Assembly: GCA_032161105.1 (NCBI GenBank)
Contig: JAVHTD010000013.1
Length of the DNA: 64,000 nucleotides
Strand: one strand, 5' to 3'
Origin: Candidatus Thermosaccharophagus tengchongensis
Lineage (GTDB): Bacteria; Armatimonadota; Fervidibacteria; Fervidibacterales; Thermosaccharophagaceae
In this document: positions 10,357 to 20,372 of the stretch, piece by piece
Position numbering within the stretch: the first letter of the stretch is position 1
How the letters are laid out: each line of letters begins with the position of its first letter
The notes under the pieces: generated by a model
What the model was told of the DNA's origin: nothing
What the model saw: only the letters and a program-made list of their open reading frames with translations
Database searches by the model: none
Made by a program: the position numbers and the translations under genes

Positions 10357-11148
10357 ATGCCGCCAAAGATGAAAAGGACAACAGATGTGGTTGGGCTTCC
10401 GGATGTTCAAACCGAGCCCCCAAAAACACCGCTGGCATTGACCCGCGTCGGAATAACCAATCTGCGCTACCCAATCGCGTTCCATCAAAAAGGAAATGTG
10501 GTGGAGACGATCGTGAGCGTGACGGCATCAGTTGACTTGCCGCACAGGCAGCGCGGGGCGCACATGAGCAGGTTCACAGAGGAGATTGCGAGGGCTTTCC
10601 GCATACCCTCTGAGGTGGGCTCACTCTCTGAGTTAGCTGAGGGGCTTTGTGAACAGCTCCTCAAGGCGCACGATTATGCCAGCCATTGCACGGTCTCAAT
10701 TCAAATGGACTCACACATTGACAGCAATGTCTACACAGCGGTGGTGTCATACTCGTCGTTGTCTCGCAGGTGGACTGTCGGGGTTAAAGTCATGGGGACT
10801 TTGGCATGCCCATGCTCAATTGCTCTGACCGGAGGCATGAGCCACAACCAACGCGGTATTTTGGAGATAGAGATTGAATCGGATGACCACAGAATTGACC
10901 ACAGGGACTTGGCGCTGCTTGCGGAGAAGTCATTCTCTGCGCCGGTTAGGCTCCTGCTAAAGCGTCCCGATGAGAAAAGGGTTGTTGAGGAGATGCACCT
11001 AAACGCGAAGTTCGTTGAGGATGTGGTGAGGGATTGCGTCAAGATGTTGAAGGAAAGATACAAGGGGCTGAAGGCGAGGGTTAAGTGCATCTCCTTTGAG
11101 TCCATTCACCCGTATGATTGCTTTGCCGAGTGGGAGGGCAAACTCTGA
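10357..11148 (+). CDS. folE2: GTP cyclohydrolase FolE2/MptA family
   Basis: LPDVQ, RVGI, GAHMSRF, CPCS, HNQR, LKRPDE, FVEDVVR, ESIH. Confidence 0.88.
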   Translation: MPPKMKRTTDVVGLPDVQTEPPKTPLALTRVGITNLRYPIAFHQKGNVVETIVSVTASVDLPHRQRGAHMSRFTEEIARAFRIPSEVGSLSELAEGLCEQLLKAHDYASHCTVSIQMDSHIDSNVYTAVVSYSSLSRRWTVGVKVMGTLACPCSIALTGGMSHNQRGILEIEIESDDHRIDHRDLALLAEKSFSAPVRLLLKRPDEKRVVEEMHLNAKFVEDVVRDCVKMLKERYKGLKARVKCISFESIHPYDCFAEWEGKL

Positions 11149-11150
11149 AC

Positions 11151-11492
11151 ATGCTCAAGCTATGCGTCATTGACAGCTTTGAGGCAGCACACTACCTTCC
11201 GGGGCATCCAAAGTGCAGCCAGCTTCACGGGCACACATACAAAGTGGAAGTGCTGATTGAGACGGAAGAGGAAACAGACATGGTGATGGACTTCGGTGAG
11301 TTGAAGGGTAAACTGCGTGAAGCGCTATCTGAGTATGACCACAAGCTCCTCAATGAGGTCATGGAACGGCTCCCAACCACGGAGAACTTAGCCCGCGCGC
11401 TCCACTCAAAGTTGAACCCGGTTTTTTCACGCTACCGCCTAACAGTGAGAGTTTGGGAAGGCGAGGACAAATGGGCTGAATACAGCGAATGA
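11151..11492 (+). CDS. queD: 6-carboxy-5,6,7,8-tetrahydropterin synthase (QueD/PTPS)
   Basis: FEAAH, CSQLHGH, MDF, DHKLLNE, PTTEN, VWE. Confidence 0.9.
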   Translation: MLKLCVIDSFEAAHYLPGHPKCSQLHGHTYKVEVLIETEEETDMVMDFGELKGKLREALSEYDHKLLNEVMERLPTTENLARALHSKLNPVFSRYRLTVRVWEGEDKWAEYSE

Positions 11493-11627
11493 AAAAGCGA
11501 TGGCGATGCCCTCTCAATCGCCCCCACAAAAAGGAGGATGCTTCAGCACCCCAAAAACACGCCATCAATTGCCCCACAAAAGCCGCCCCAAAAATCCCTT
11601 GCAACTGCGATGCCAAATTCAATTCGC

Positions 11628-12938
11628 CTAACCAAATAGCGCATACGCCACCTTCAGTATCGCCCTTGAGATTTGGCGCGTGTGCACTCGCTTCATCTTC
11701 TGGCTCAGGGGTATAGCGACCGTGCGAGTCAGAATGCTCATCGTTTGAGGACACATGTCTGGTGAGTAACTCACATTGCCTTTATAGCGCGTGTCTCGCC
11801 ATGGGTCAAACTTCTCGGTCACCGGCACTCTGCCGAGCACATACTCCCAGTAGCGGTAAATATGCCTATCAGGGAAACCCTCCGTGTGTATCGTATGCAC
11901 TGGGACACCCTCAGCTGCGAGCGCCTTTGAGAAGGATTGCGCCTGTTCAACCGTTTCAAAGAGGAAGTTGACCGAGTAGGCGCACTCGCCATCTGGGTCT
12001 GGGACGCGCATCGGCTTTATCCCGGGTGCGCCGGCTATGTCTTCAAGTATCTCACGCTTGCGTCTGCGCAGTGTTGCGACAATCTTGTCAAGCTTCTTCA
12101 GCTGCGCCAACCCAACTGCACCTGCAAGCTCGCTCATCCTGTAACCATCGCCCGCAAACGGCGTTACACGCTTCAGTTCCTCTGGCACCTCTTGAGAGAG
12201 CTTCCACCAGAATGTGACACCAGAGTCATGCGCAAGCGCTGCTCGTATGTAGATCATCGGGTCATTTGTGACCACCATTCCACCTTCACCAGTTGTTATC
12301 GTCTTTGAGACTTGGAAGCTGAAGCAACCGACATCTCCTATGCTGCCAACCCTTTTACCCTTGTAGCTGCCGCCGTTACACTGCGCGCAATCCTCAATGA
12401 TGAACAGCTTGTGCTTGCGAGCTATTCTGACGATCTCATCCATCTGGCATGGTATGCCGCGCATGTGCACCGGCATTATCGCCTTCGTGTGTGGCGTTAT
12501 CTTCCGCTCCACATCCTTCGGGTCTATGGTGAGTGTGTCATCAATTTCGGCTATGACTGGAACCGCGCCGACAAGTATGACCGCTGCGGCACTCGCAACG
12601 AATGTGTATGCCGGAACAATGACCTCATCTCCCGGACCAATTCCGAGCGCCCTTAAGCCGGTTATGAGCGCTGCAGTGCCACTGCTCACAGCAACGGCAT
12701 ATTTGACGCCGAGCAGCTTGGCAAACTCACGCTCAAAGCGAGCCACATATGAGTTCTTTGCATCCTGCCAGCGAAACAACATTTGCCTATCAAGGACATC
12801 AAGGACATTGCGCTTCTCTTCCTCGCCTATCTCCGAAAGCCCGAAGTAACTCCTCGGTATCGGTATAGTCACGGCTTTTGGACCGCCATCAATTGCGAGC
12901 TTCTCCCTCAGCACTTTGCGCACGATGACTTTAGCCAC
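11628..12938 (-). CDS. DegT/DnrJ/EryC1/StrS family PLP-dependent aminotransferase
   Basis: SSGTAAL, PGDEVIVPAYTF, EDCAQ, FSFQVSKTITTGEGG. Confidence 0.93.
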   Translation of the reverse strand: MAKVIVRKVLREKLAIDGGPKAVTIPIPRSYFGLSEIGEEEKRNVLDVLDRQMLFRWQDAKNSYVARFEREFAKLLGVKYAVAVSSGTAALITGLRALGIGPGDEVIVPAYTFVASAAAVILVGAVPVIAEIDDTLTIDPKDVERKITPHTKAIMPVHMRGIPCQMDEIVRIARKHKLFIIEDCAQCNGGSYKGKRVGSIGDVGCFSFQVSKTITTGEGGMVVTNDPMIYIRAALAHDSGVTFWWKLSQEVPEELKRVTPFAGDGYRMSELAGAVGLAQLKKLDKIVATLRRRKREILEDIAGAPGIKPMRVPDPDGECAYSVNFLFETVEQAQSFSKALAAEGVPVHTIHTEGFPDRHIYRYWEYVLGRVPVTEKFDPWRDTRYKGNVSYSPDMCPQTMSILTRTVAIPLSQKMKRVHTRQISRAILKVAYALFG

Positions 12939-13030
12939 AGTGCGTTCACCTCCTCAACATGCTCCCCAAGCGTGCGAGCCTTTTCCCAATCGCCATTTTA
13001 GCAGTCAGATTGAAAATCGTCCTCAACGGA

Positions 13031-14260
13031 CTATGCTGCATGGCGGACGCCTTTATAGCTCAAGCGCATAGCGAAGGCAAGCCCGCCAACGATGCATATC
13101 AATCCATTCAGCGCCACTGTCCTCGGTGCGCCAAGCATGTGCGCCATTGTTCCCGCAAGCAGTGAGCCAAGCGGAGCCATTCCCATGAACATCATTGCGT
13201 AAGCTGCCATGACACGCCCTCGCATCTGATCCGGGGATAGGAATTGCACAAGCGTGTTGGATGAAGCCATTTGCGTGATCATGCAAAAACCAGCCGGCAC
13301 GAGAAGCGCTATGGATAATGCGAATGAGCGTGAATGCGAGAATAGGAGTAGGCATATGCCGAAGCCAGTCGCACCAAACGCTATGCGCTTATCCAAACCG
13401 GCAACTCCCTTACGCATTGCAAGGGAAAGGGCACCTATGAAAGCGCCAGTGCCAGATGCAGCCATGAGCATACCCAAGCCCTTTGGACCAACATGCAAGA
13501 TGCGGTCTGCAAAGATGGGCATGAGAACAACATAGGACATCCCAGTCAAGCTGATCAAACCAAGCAATGCCAATATCCTGCGAACCGGCGCTGTGCCGAC
13601 GACAAACCTTACCCCTTCAATCAGGTGAGAGATGGGTGATGATGGCGCATTTCGTTCTACGGACTTTGGTAACTCCATCATGAGCAAGCTTAGGATGATG
13701 GCGAGGTAACTCACGCCGTTTATGAGAAAGCACCAACCTTCTCCAATCCACGCAACTACAACGCCAGCCACAGCTGGACCTACAATGCGTGCCATGTTAA
13801 ACATCGCCGAGTTGAGCGCTATCGCATTTACGAGCAGGCTTTTGGGCACGAGCTCCGGGACAAAGGATTGCCTTGTCGGTATGTCAATTGCGCTTATTAA
13901 CCCAAAGATGAGCGCCAACACCGGGATGTGCCAAACCTTGATCAAGCCCGTGAGGGTTAATAACGCAATGGTGAATGCATGCGCCGCAAACAGCGACTGT
14001 GCAGCGAGTAGCACTGAGCGCTTTTGGAATTGGTCAGCAAGCATTCCGCCGACCGGCGCAAGCAGCAAGACGGGCAGCTGACCAAGGAAGCCAACGATGC
14101 CGAGCATTGCAGCAGAACCGGTGAGCCTATAGACGAGCCACTGCTGTGCGACTGTTTGCATCCATGTGCCAATGAGGGATAATGACTGACCCAAAAAGAA
14201 AAGGCGATAATTGCGGTATCCCAACGGGAGCAACGGCAATGTCAAATTATGCCGTTTCAT
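13031..14260 (-). CDS. MFS transporter (MFS_3/H+ antiporter-like)
   Basis: YRNYRLFFLGQSLSLIGTWMQ, GGMLAD, MRGRVM, about 12 TM helices. Confidence 0.9.
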   Translation of the reverse strand: MKRHNLTLPLLPLGYRNYRLFFLGQSLSLIGTWMQTVAQQWLVYRLTGSAAMLGIVGFLGQLPVLLLAPVGGMLADQFQKRSVLLAAQSLFAAHAFTIALLTLTGLIKVWHIPVLALIFGLISAIDIPTRQSFVPELVPKSLLVNAIALNSAMFNMARIVGPAVAGVVVAWIGEGWCFLINGVSYLAIILSLLMMELPKSVERNAPSSPISHLIEGVRFVVGTAPVRRILALLGLISLTGMSYVVLMPIFADRILHVGPKGLGMLMAASGTGAFIGALSLAMRKGVAGLDKRIAFGATGFGICLLLFSHSRSFALSIALLVPAGFCMITQMASSNTLVQFLSPDQMRGRVMAAYAMMFMGMAPLGSLLAGTMAHMLGAPRTVALNGLICIVGGLAFAMRLSYKGVRHAA

Positions 14261-14548
14261 AACGGCATCACCAAGGCAAATTATGCCCCGTGATTTGGCG
14301 CCAGCTTATCCAAGCTCCAACGGTTTGGACGAAGAGACGAAGATAGGAGACAATCTATGTCCGAGCTTCAGCCACACACGCCATATTGGTGGGGCAATTA
14401 AGCCATATCCACACAGGCAAGACAAGTTGCTATGCTTTGAATGGATTGGTGGTATAAACTCAAGTGACATCTGCACGCCGTGCGGCTTCTTAAGGCGACC
14501 AAGCGCAATTTCGTATTGATGGGGGGCAAGCTCAAGGTGGGTCATTTC

Positions 14549-15703
14549 ATGCCTCACAGCAGAAGAAAGGGCGTGACAATGGTTGCCGTCGCATTCCTCA
14601 TGATTGCCTTAATGATCATGCTCACATGCGTGATTGAATGGGGGCGCATTGTGCGCGCAAGGACAGAAATGCAACAATGGTGTGATGCGGCAGCGCTTGC
14701 TGGCGCATTTGAGCTGCCAAACGCTGAGTCGGCAAAGAGAGTTGCAGTTGAGTATTATGCGCACAACCTCGGCGTTGAACCGTGGCAGTGCGTTTTGATT
14801 GGTGAGGATGGCGAAACAGCCACCTATAGAGTTGGCTCAGATGAAGTCTCAGTCACCACACCATACGAGGATGGGGAAGTTCGGCGCAGTGGAGTCGCTT
14901 CGGAATACGCCATATCCGTCTCAGCCAAAAGGCAAGTGGCGATGATACTTGGTAGAGTGCTCAATGTTGATGCAATCAGCGTGTCGGCAAACTCCGTTGC
15001 CGTGTATGACCAATCGCCGTTCAAGTGGGTGCTTTTTAGCAACTCACGAAATGACCCATTGACCATCACCGGAAGCGATGTCCAAATTGATGGCAGCCTG
15101 CACACAAATGACGATTTAGTGGTTCGCGGTAGCAGGCACAGTGCCAGTGGCATTGCGAGTGTTGTGGGGCTTGCACAAATAACCGGCAGCAGCCATTCAT
15201 TCAATGTTCAGCGTTCCTCATACCGTCAACCACCACCGTTGCCGACGGCGCTTGAACATTACAGGCAACAGGCTGAGAAGTCAGGTCAGTTGATCATCGG
15301 AAGGGATTACCAATTTTCATCAAACAACCCGCCAAGTGGCGTTGTCTTCGTTGAGGGCGGCGACATAATCAGTCAGGGGCATGGCTTCAGTGCCGATGTC
15401 ACTCTCATAGCCGTGCGAAAAGGCGGCAAGGGTGGCTCCATACGCATTGTCGGCAATTCATGGCGCTTGAGCGCAAGCGATGGTGTGCTTTTGATGTTCG
15501 CGACTGACGAAGTTGAGGTGCATGGGAGCAGCATAAGTTTCAACGGCGTCATCTATGCTCCCGACGCCTATGTGCGCATAACTGGCTCTGGGATTGCAAG
15601 CACGAGCGTCATCGGAAACTACATCCGAGTTGATGGGAGCGGCATGAATTTCACTCCCAGTGTTGACATCTTTGGCGAGTGGCAGGCAAGGCTGCTTGAG
15701 TGA
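14549..15703 (+). CDS. TadG/Tad-domain pilus protein with Gly-rich beta-solenoid-like C-terminus (copy 1)
   Basis: RRKG + TM helix, EWGR...RTEMQQWCDAAALAGA Tad motif; C-terminal ITGS and FNGVIYAP repeats. Confidence 0.8.
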   Translation: MPHSRRKGVTMVAVAFLMIALMIMLTCVIEWGRIVRARTEMQQWCDAAALAGAFELPNAESAKRVAVEYYAHNLGVEPWQCVLIGEDGETATYRVGSDEVSVTTPYEDGEVRRSGVASEYAISVSAKRQVAMILGRVLNVDAISVSANSVAVYDQSPFKWVLFSNSRNDPLTITGSDVQIDGSLHTNDDLVVRGSRHSASGIASVVGLAQITGSSHSFNVQRSSYRQPPPLPTALEHYRQQAEKSGQLIIGRDYQFSSNNPPSGVVFVEGGDIISQGHGFSADVTLIAVRKGGKGGSIRIVGNSWRLSASDGVLLMFATDEVEVHGSSISFNGVIYAPDAYVRITGSGIASTSVIGNYIRVDGSGMNFTPSVDIFGEWQARLLE

Positions 15704-15751
15704 AATCAACCGATTGCCATTCCAACACCAGCAAGGGGTTAGGTGGTGAAA

Positions 15752-16948
15752 ATGCAGAATATGTTTAAGCGCCGCTGCAGCGGTCAGACAATGGTAGTTC
15801 TCGTAGCGACATTCATTGTGTTGATGCTCATGCTCGCACTCGCAATGGAGTGGGGCAGGTTGACGAGGGCGAGAACGGAAATGCAACAATGGTGCGATGC
15901 TGCAGCGTTGGCTGGTGCTGCGGATTTGCCGAATGCCGACACGGCAAAAAGCACAGCGGCAAGTTACTATGCGCGCAACTTGGGCTTGGGTGAGAACGAT
16001 TACAAGCTAATCGGCACCGAAGGCAATACGAGCATTTATCAAATTGGCACCGACAAAGTCTATGTCACGACGCCATACGAAAGTGATGTCACTCGCTCGC
16101 TTGGCATTGCGCCGGAGTATGTGATACGAGTGTGCAGCGAACGCGATGTTGGGCTTTACCTTGGGCAGCTAATCGGCATCTCAAGCATGATGGCGAGCGC
16201 ATGCGCAACCGGCGTGAATGAGGGGGCAGGTGCATGCTATGTTTTTTACAACTGCGACCCAAACAGCTCGCTCACCATCACTGGCTCAAATATCGGTGAG
16301 AGGGTGAGCATCAAGGGCAGGTTGCACACAAACCAGGATTTCATTGTGCATGGATACAACCATAGGGCTTCAGGTCCTGTAACGGTTGTTGGGAGAAGCG
16401 TGATCACCGGCACCGGACATTCATTCAACATTGTGAGAGTGCCATTGCAACCATGCCCCGAATTCCCAACATTACCCACCTCACTTGACGGCTACCGCAA
16501 GATGGCTGAGGAGAGCGGGCAACTCATTATCGGTAGTGACTATCGCATCTCCAGGGACAATCCACCATCCGGGGTCGTGTTTGTTGAGGGTGGCGACATA
16601 ATCGGCACCGGAACTGGAGTTAGCGCGAATGTGACGCTAATTGCAGTGAGCAAGGGTGGCAGGGGTGGCAACATCAAAATCACCGGCAACTCTTGGGATT
16701 TGAGGGCAAGCGATGGTGTAACCCTCATGTATGCTACGAATGGGGTGGAAATAAATGCCACCGGGTCGTCGTTTGACGGTCTCATCTACATTTCGGACGG
16801 TGACTTCCGCTTCACCGGCTCAAATTGCGATTCAAGGATAACGGTGGTAGCGGCAAGGGGAATAAGGGTTGATGGGCATGACCTGCTCTTTGAGGCGCCA
16901 TGTCCAAGCTTGATTTCGGTAAAGGGAGGGATAAGCCTCGTGGAGTAG
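15752..16948 (+). CDS. TadG/Tad-domain pilus protein (copy 2, paralog)
   Basis: SGQTMV prepilin-like site, TM helix, RTEMQQWCDAAALAGA, colinear similarity to the upstream gene. Confidence 0.8.
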   Translation: MQNMFKRRCSGQTMVVLVATFIVLMLMLALAMEWGRLTRARTEMQQWCDAAALAGAADLPNADTAKSTAASYYARNLGLGENDYKLIGTEGNTSIYQIGTDKVYVTTPYESDVTRSLGIAPEYVIRVCSERDVGLYLGQLIGISSMMASACATGVNEGAGACYVFYNCDPNSSLTITGSNIGERVSIKGRLHTNQDFIVHGYNHRASGPVTVVGRSVITGTGHSFNIVRVPLQPCPEFPTLPTSLDGYRKMAEESGQLIIGSDYRISRDNPPSGVVFVEGGDIIGTGTGVSANVTLIAVSKGGRGGNIKITGNSWDLRASDGVTLMYATNGVEINATGSSFDGLIYISDGDFRFTGSNCDSRITVVAARGIRVDGHDLLFEAPCPSLISVKGGISLVE

Positions 16949-17106
16949 AGGGAAAAAGCTTATGACAAAGCCTTCCCTGACCGAGCTTTTGCCAATCATC
17001 CTCTTAGCGATTCAACCCTCAGAAGCCATACAGTTGAATAGTGGCTGTAGCGGCGCAGTGAAGACAGGTTGCTGTCCAAATACGAGGTGTAAGGGAGTGA
17101 CGCTAT

Positions 17107-17532
17107 GTGAGACGAGTGATATGGCTACAGCACATCGTCAAGTTCGCAAATGAGCGTTCTCAGGCGACACTTGAATTCGCCATCGTGCTCGTGCTCCTCT
17201 TTTTGCTCATCATGGGCATCATTGTTTTCGGTAGGCTGTTTGGTTTCCTTCAGGTGGTCAACAACGCTGCAAGGGAGGGTGCAAGAGCCGGCGCAGTTTG
17301 CAAGAGCGATGAGGAAGTGATCGCTATAGTCAGGGAGAGGCTTGCGCGTATACCTGGTTCAGATCAAGCTCAGATAACAATTTCACCGGCTGGGACAAGG
17401 GTGGCAGGGCAACCAATATCTGTGACAGTGCGCATACCGTTCAAGGCATTGTGGCTCCCCGGCGTTACAAACCAACCGACATGGCTCACAATAACGCAAA
17501 CAATGACGATGGAATGCACACGCTCGTGGTGA
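17107..17532 (+). CDS. tadE: TadE-like pseudopilin
   Basis: SQATLEFAIVL + TM helix, NAAREGAR motif. Confidence 0.88.
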   Translation: MRRVIWLQHIVKFANERSQATLEFAIVLVLLFLLIMGIIVFGRLFGFLQVVNNAAREGARAGAVCKSDEEVIAIVRERLARIPGSDQAQITISPAGTRVAGQPISVTVRIPFKALWLPGVTNQPTWLTITQTMTMECTRSW

Positions 17533-17579
17533 GGACTGCAAAACTCGGCTGTGAAAATGCCACTGTGATGCTGCCCTGT

Positions 17580-17744
17580 TCATTCGGTGAGCCGTTCAAA
17601 TTCGCTCTTCTCAGCGCCGCACACAGGGCAAACCCAATCATCGGGCAATTCCTCAAACGGCGTTCCGGGAAGGATGCCATTTTCCATATCGCCAACTTCG
17701 GGGTCATAAATATAACCGCAGACCGTGCATCTCCACTTCTCCAT
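17580..17744 (-). CDS. Rubredoxin (54 aa)
   Basis: Manual translation [54 protein letters not shown]; two CxxCG knuckles; SD GAGGTG upstream; below the ORF-track length cutoff. Confidence 0.97.
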   Translation of the reverse strand: MEKWRCTVCGYIYDPEVGDMENGILPGTPFEELPDDWVCPVCGAEKSEFERLTE

Positions 17745-17859
17745 CTAACACCACCTCACACTGCTCAAAACTTGGTAGCGAAAAGCCGCGGCGGCATTGC
17801 GGCATCAACGATGTGTATAATGCATTATGACACGATGCAACATCGCGGGGGTGAGGTAA

Positions 17860-18741
17860 ATGGGGTTGCGATGGGGAGCGTTATCTTGGGAGCACCTTAT
17901 GCGCAGCAAGTGGTGGCTTTATGCAGTAGTGTGCGCCACCAGCTTGCTATCTTACTCACTGGCTTTCACTCAGGCGAAGCGCATCACTGTCAAAGGCTCT
18001 GACACAATGGTGATACTCAACCAGAGGTGGGCGGAGGAATTCATGAAGAGGCATCCCGGGGCAACCGTGCAAGTTAGCGGTGGTGGCTCTGGGATCGGCA
18101 TCGCCGCACTGATCAATGGCACTACAGACATATGCGCTGCTTCACGCCCAATGAAACCAAAGGAAGTTGAAATGTTCAAAAGGCGCTACAGACGAGAGCC
18201 GGTGAAGTTTGAAGTGGCGCTTGATGGAGTGAGCATTTATGTCCATCCCGAAAACAAAGTGAAGGAGCTGACGATTGAACAGCTGCGCCTGATTTACATC
18301 GGCAAGGTGAACGATTGGAAAAATGTCGGCGGTTCTTCGGGAAGGATAGTCAGGTATGGCAGGGAGAACACAAGTGGCACTTATGAGTTCTTCAAAGAGC
18401 ATGTGCTGAAGGGAGCCGACTTCACAAACGATTACCAAGCACTCCCCGGGACTGCGGCGGTTGTGAGCGCTGTCTCAAAAGACAAGCTCGGGATAGGCTA
18501 TGGAGGCATAGCTTACACCAAGGGCGTTAAAGTTGTGCCATTGCGCAAGGATGAAAAGTCACCGGCAGTCGCGCCGACGGAGGCAAATGTGCGAAAGGGT
18601 CTTTATCCGCTTTCCCGCCCGCTTTTCTTCTACACCGCAAAGCCACCGACTGGTGTGGTCAAGCAATTCATTGACTTCGTCCTATCACCTGATGGTCAAA
18701 AGTTAGTCAAGCAAGTTGGCTACATCCCGATACGCCAGTGA
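17860..18741 (+). CDS. pstS: Phosphate ABC transporter substrate-binding protein
   Basis: GSDTM, GGGSGIGI, ASR, RENTSGTYEFF, IGY, YPLSRPL. Confidence 0.92.
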   Translation: MGLRWGALSWEHLMRSKWWLYAVVCATSLLSYSLAFTQAKRITVKGSDTMVILNQRWAEEFMKRHPGATVQVSGGGSGIGIAALINGTTDICAASRPMKPKEVEMFKRRYRREPVKFEVALDGVSIYVHPENKVKELTIEQLRLIYIGKVNDWKNVGGSSGRIVRYGRENTSGTYEFFKEHVLKGADFTNDYQALPGTAAVVSAVSKDKLGIGYGGIAYTKGVKVVPLRKDEKSPAVAPTEANVRKGLYPLSRPLFFYTAKPPTGVVKQFIDFVLSPDGQKLVKQVGYIPIRQ

Positions 18742-18824
18742 TGATGGCGCTCCCAATCGTGGGTGGCTGGCGAAACGCATTTTGCGCTGTCAATGCGAAG
18801 CGACTCTTGAAGTGATAACCCGTC

Positions 18825-20219
18825 TCACGCTGCGTTGTATTTTCGCCCATGCGACATGCGAAGCAATATGCGTATTGGTGTGGCATCAAGCGAGAAGCGT
18901 TCCCTTATTCGGTTCTCCAGATAGCGCATGTAAGAGAAGTGCATCAACTCAGGGTCATTGACGAAGAGCACAAATGTTGGCGGTTTGACATCGGGCTGAG
19001 TTGCATAGTAAATCTTGAGCCGCCTCCCCTTTATCATCGGTGGCGGATGAGTGGCCAAGAACTCCTGTATCGCCCTATTTAGGACACCGGTTGTTATGCG
19101 CTGCATAGATTGCTCATAGCAATAAAGCGCCTTCTCAAGCACGCCGTCTATGCCTTCGCCCTTGATTGCCGATGTGAACTCAATCGGGGCGTAATCAACG
19201 AACTTGAGTTGGTGGCGAATGAGCCTCTCATAGTCCTGCCTAAGCAGCTTCTCCTGTCGCTTCGCATCCTTGCGCTTGAGCTCGTCAACTCCGACGCGCT
19301 CAAGTATCAAATCCCACTTGTTGATGACGATGACAATCGGCTTGCCGCCTTCATGCGCGTAGCCGGCGATCCTCGCATCCTGGTGCGTTGCGCCCTCAGT
19401 GGCATCAATGACGAGCAACGCTACATCTCCCCTATCAATTGCGCTCAGAGCCCTCACCACGCAGTAGTATTCAAGCTTTCGCTTTATCCTCGCCTTGCGG
19501 CGCAGCCCAGCTGTATCAATGAGCAGCAACTTCTTACCGCGCCATTCAAATGGCGTATCAATTGCATCGCGAGTCGTTCCCGGTATCGGACTTACAATTG
19601 TTCTCTCCTCACCGATGATGGAATTGAGCAGCGCAGACTTGCCGACATTTGGGCGCCCGACAATGGCTATGCGTATTCGTTCACCATCCTCGGTCTCCTC
19701 CTCGCCACTTGGTGGCGGCAGGTGAGAGAGTATTGCTTCGCACAGCTCATTTATGTTCCTGCCGTGAATTGCTGATATCCCCATCGGCTCTCCGATGCGC
19801 AGCTCATAAAACTGACTCACATCAGCATTTGATGCATCTATCTTGTTTGCAGCAAACACAACTGGCTTAGCTTGCTTGCGCAATCGCTGCGCAATTTCGT
19901 GGTCAGTGGCTGTTGGTCCTTCAACGGCATCAACGAGGAAGATGATGACATCAGCCTGCTCAATGGCAAACTCAACCTGCTCAATAACCTTGCTACCTAT
20001 TGGGTCATCCTTCAAAGCCAAATCAAAACCGCCAGTGTCTATCAGGATGCATTCCCTTCCGAGTATGGAGACATCGGCGGCAAGCCTGTCCCTTGTAACT
20101 CCGGGCACTTCATCAACTACGGCGACGCGCCTCCCAATGAGCCTGTTGAACAGCGATGACTTGCCGACATTCGGTCTTCCGACAATGGCGATGACGGGTT
20201 TCGGCATTTCGGAGTTCAC
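18825..20219 (-). CDS. der: Ribosome biogenesis GTPase Der/EngA
   Basis: Two GRPNVGKS G-domains, DTGG/DTAG, NKxD, KH-like C-terminus (PPTFVLF). Confidence 0.97.
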   Translation of the reverse strand: MNSEMPKPVIAIVGRPNVGKSSLFNRLIGRRVAVVDEVPGVTRDRLAADVSILGRECILIDTGGFDLALKDDPIGSKVIEQVEFAIEQADVIIFLVDAVEGPTATDHEIAQRLRKQAKPVVFAANKIDASNADVSQFYELRIGEPMGISAIHGRNINELCEAILSHLPPPSGEEETEDGERIRIAIVGRPNVGKSALLNSIIGEERTIVSPIPGTTRDAIDTPFEWRGKKLLLIDTAGLRRKARIKRKLEYYCVVRALSAIDRGDVALLVIDATEGATHQDARIAGYAHEGGKPIVIVINKWDLILERVGVDELKRKDAKRQEKLLRQDYERLIRHQLKFVDYAPIEFTSAIKGEGIDGVLEKALYCYEQSMQRITTGVLNRAIQEFLATHPPPMIKGRRLKIYYATQPDVKPPTFVLFVNDPELMHFSYMRYLENRIRERFSLDATPIRILLRMSHGRKYNAA

Positions 20220-20372
20220 CCCATCGCATTAGTGTGCCGACAATGAAACTGAAAACGCATCGGCTGCTTTACCGAGTGGATGGGCGCGTTAAAATGAGCT
20301 GCTGAATTTTTCTCCCAACAACGCCATTTGCTTGGCGCTATATTTTTATGCCCATGTTTGGGGGTGAAGTGG

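Noticed and set aside
9127..11492. Radical SAM + folE2 + queD as a queE-containing 7-deazaguanine DNA-modification (dpd) cluster
   Set aside because: The radical SAM has sulfatase-maturase/SPASM motifs rather than QueE motifs, and no queC or dpdA/tgt is present
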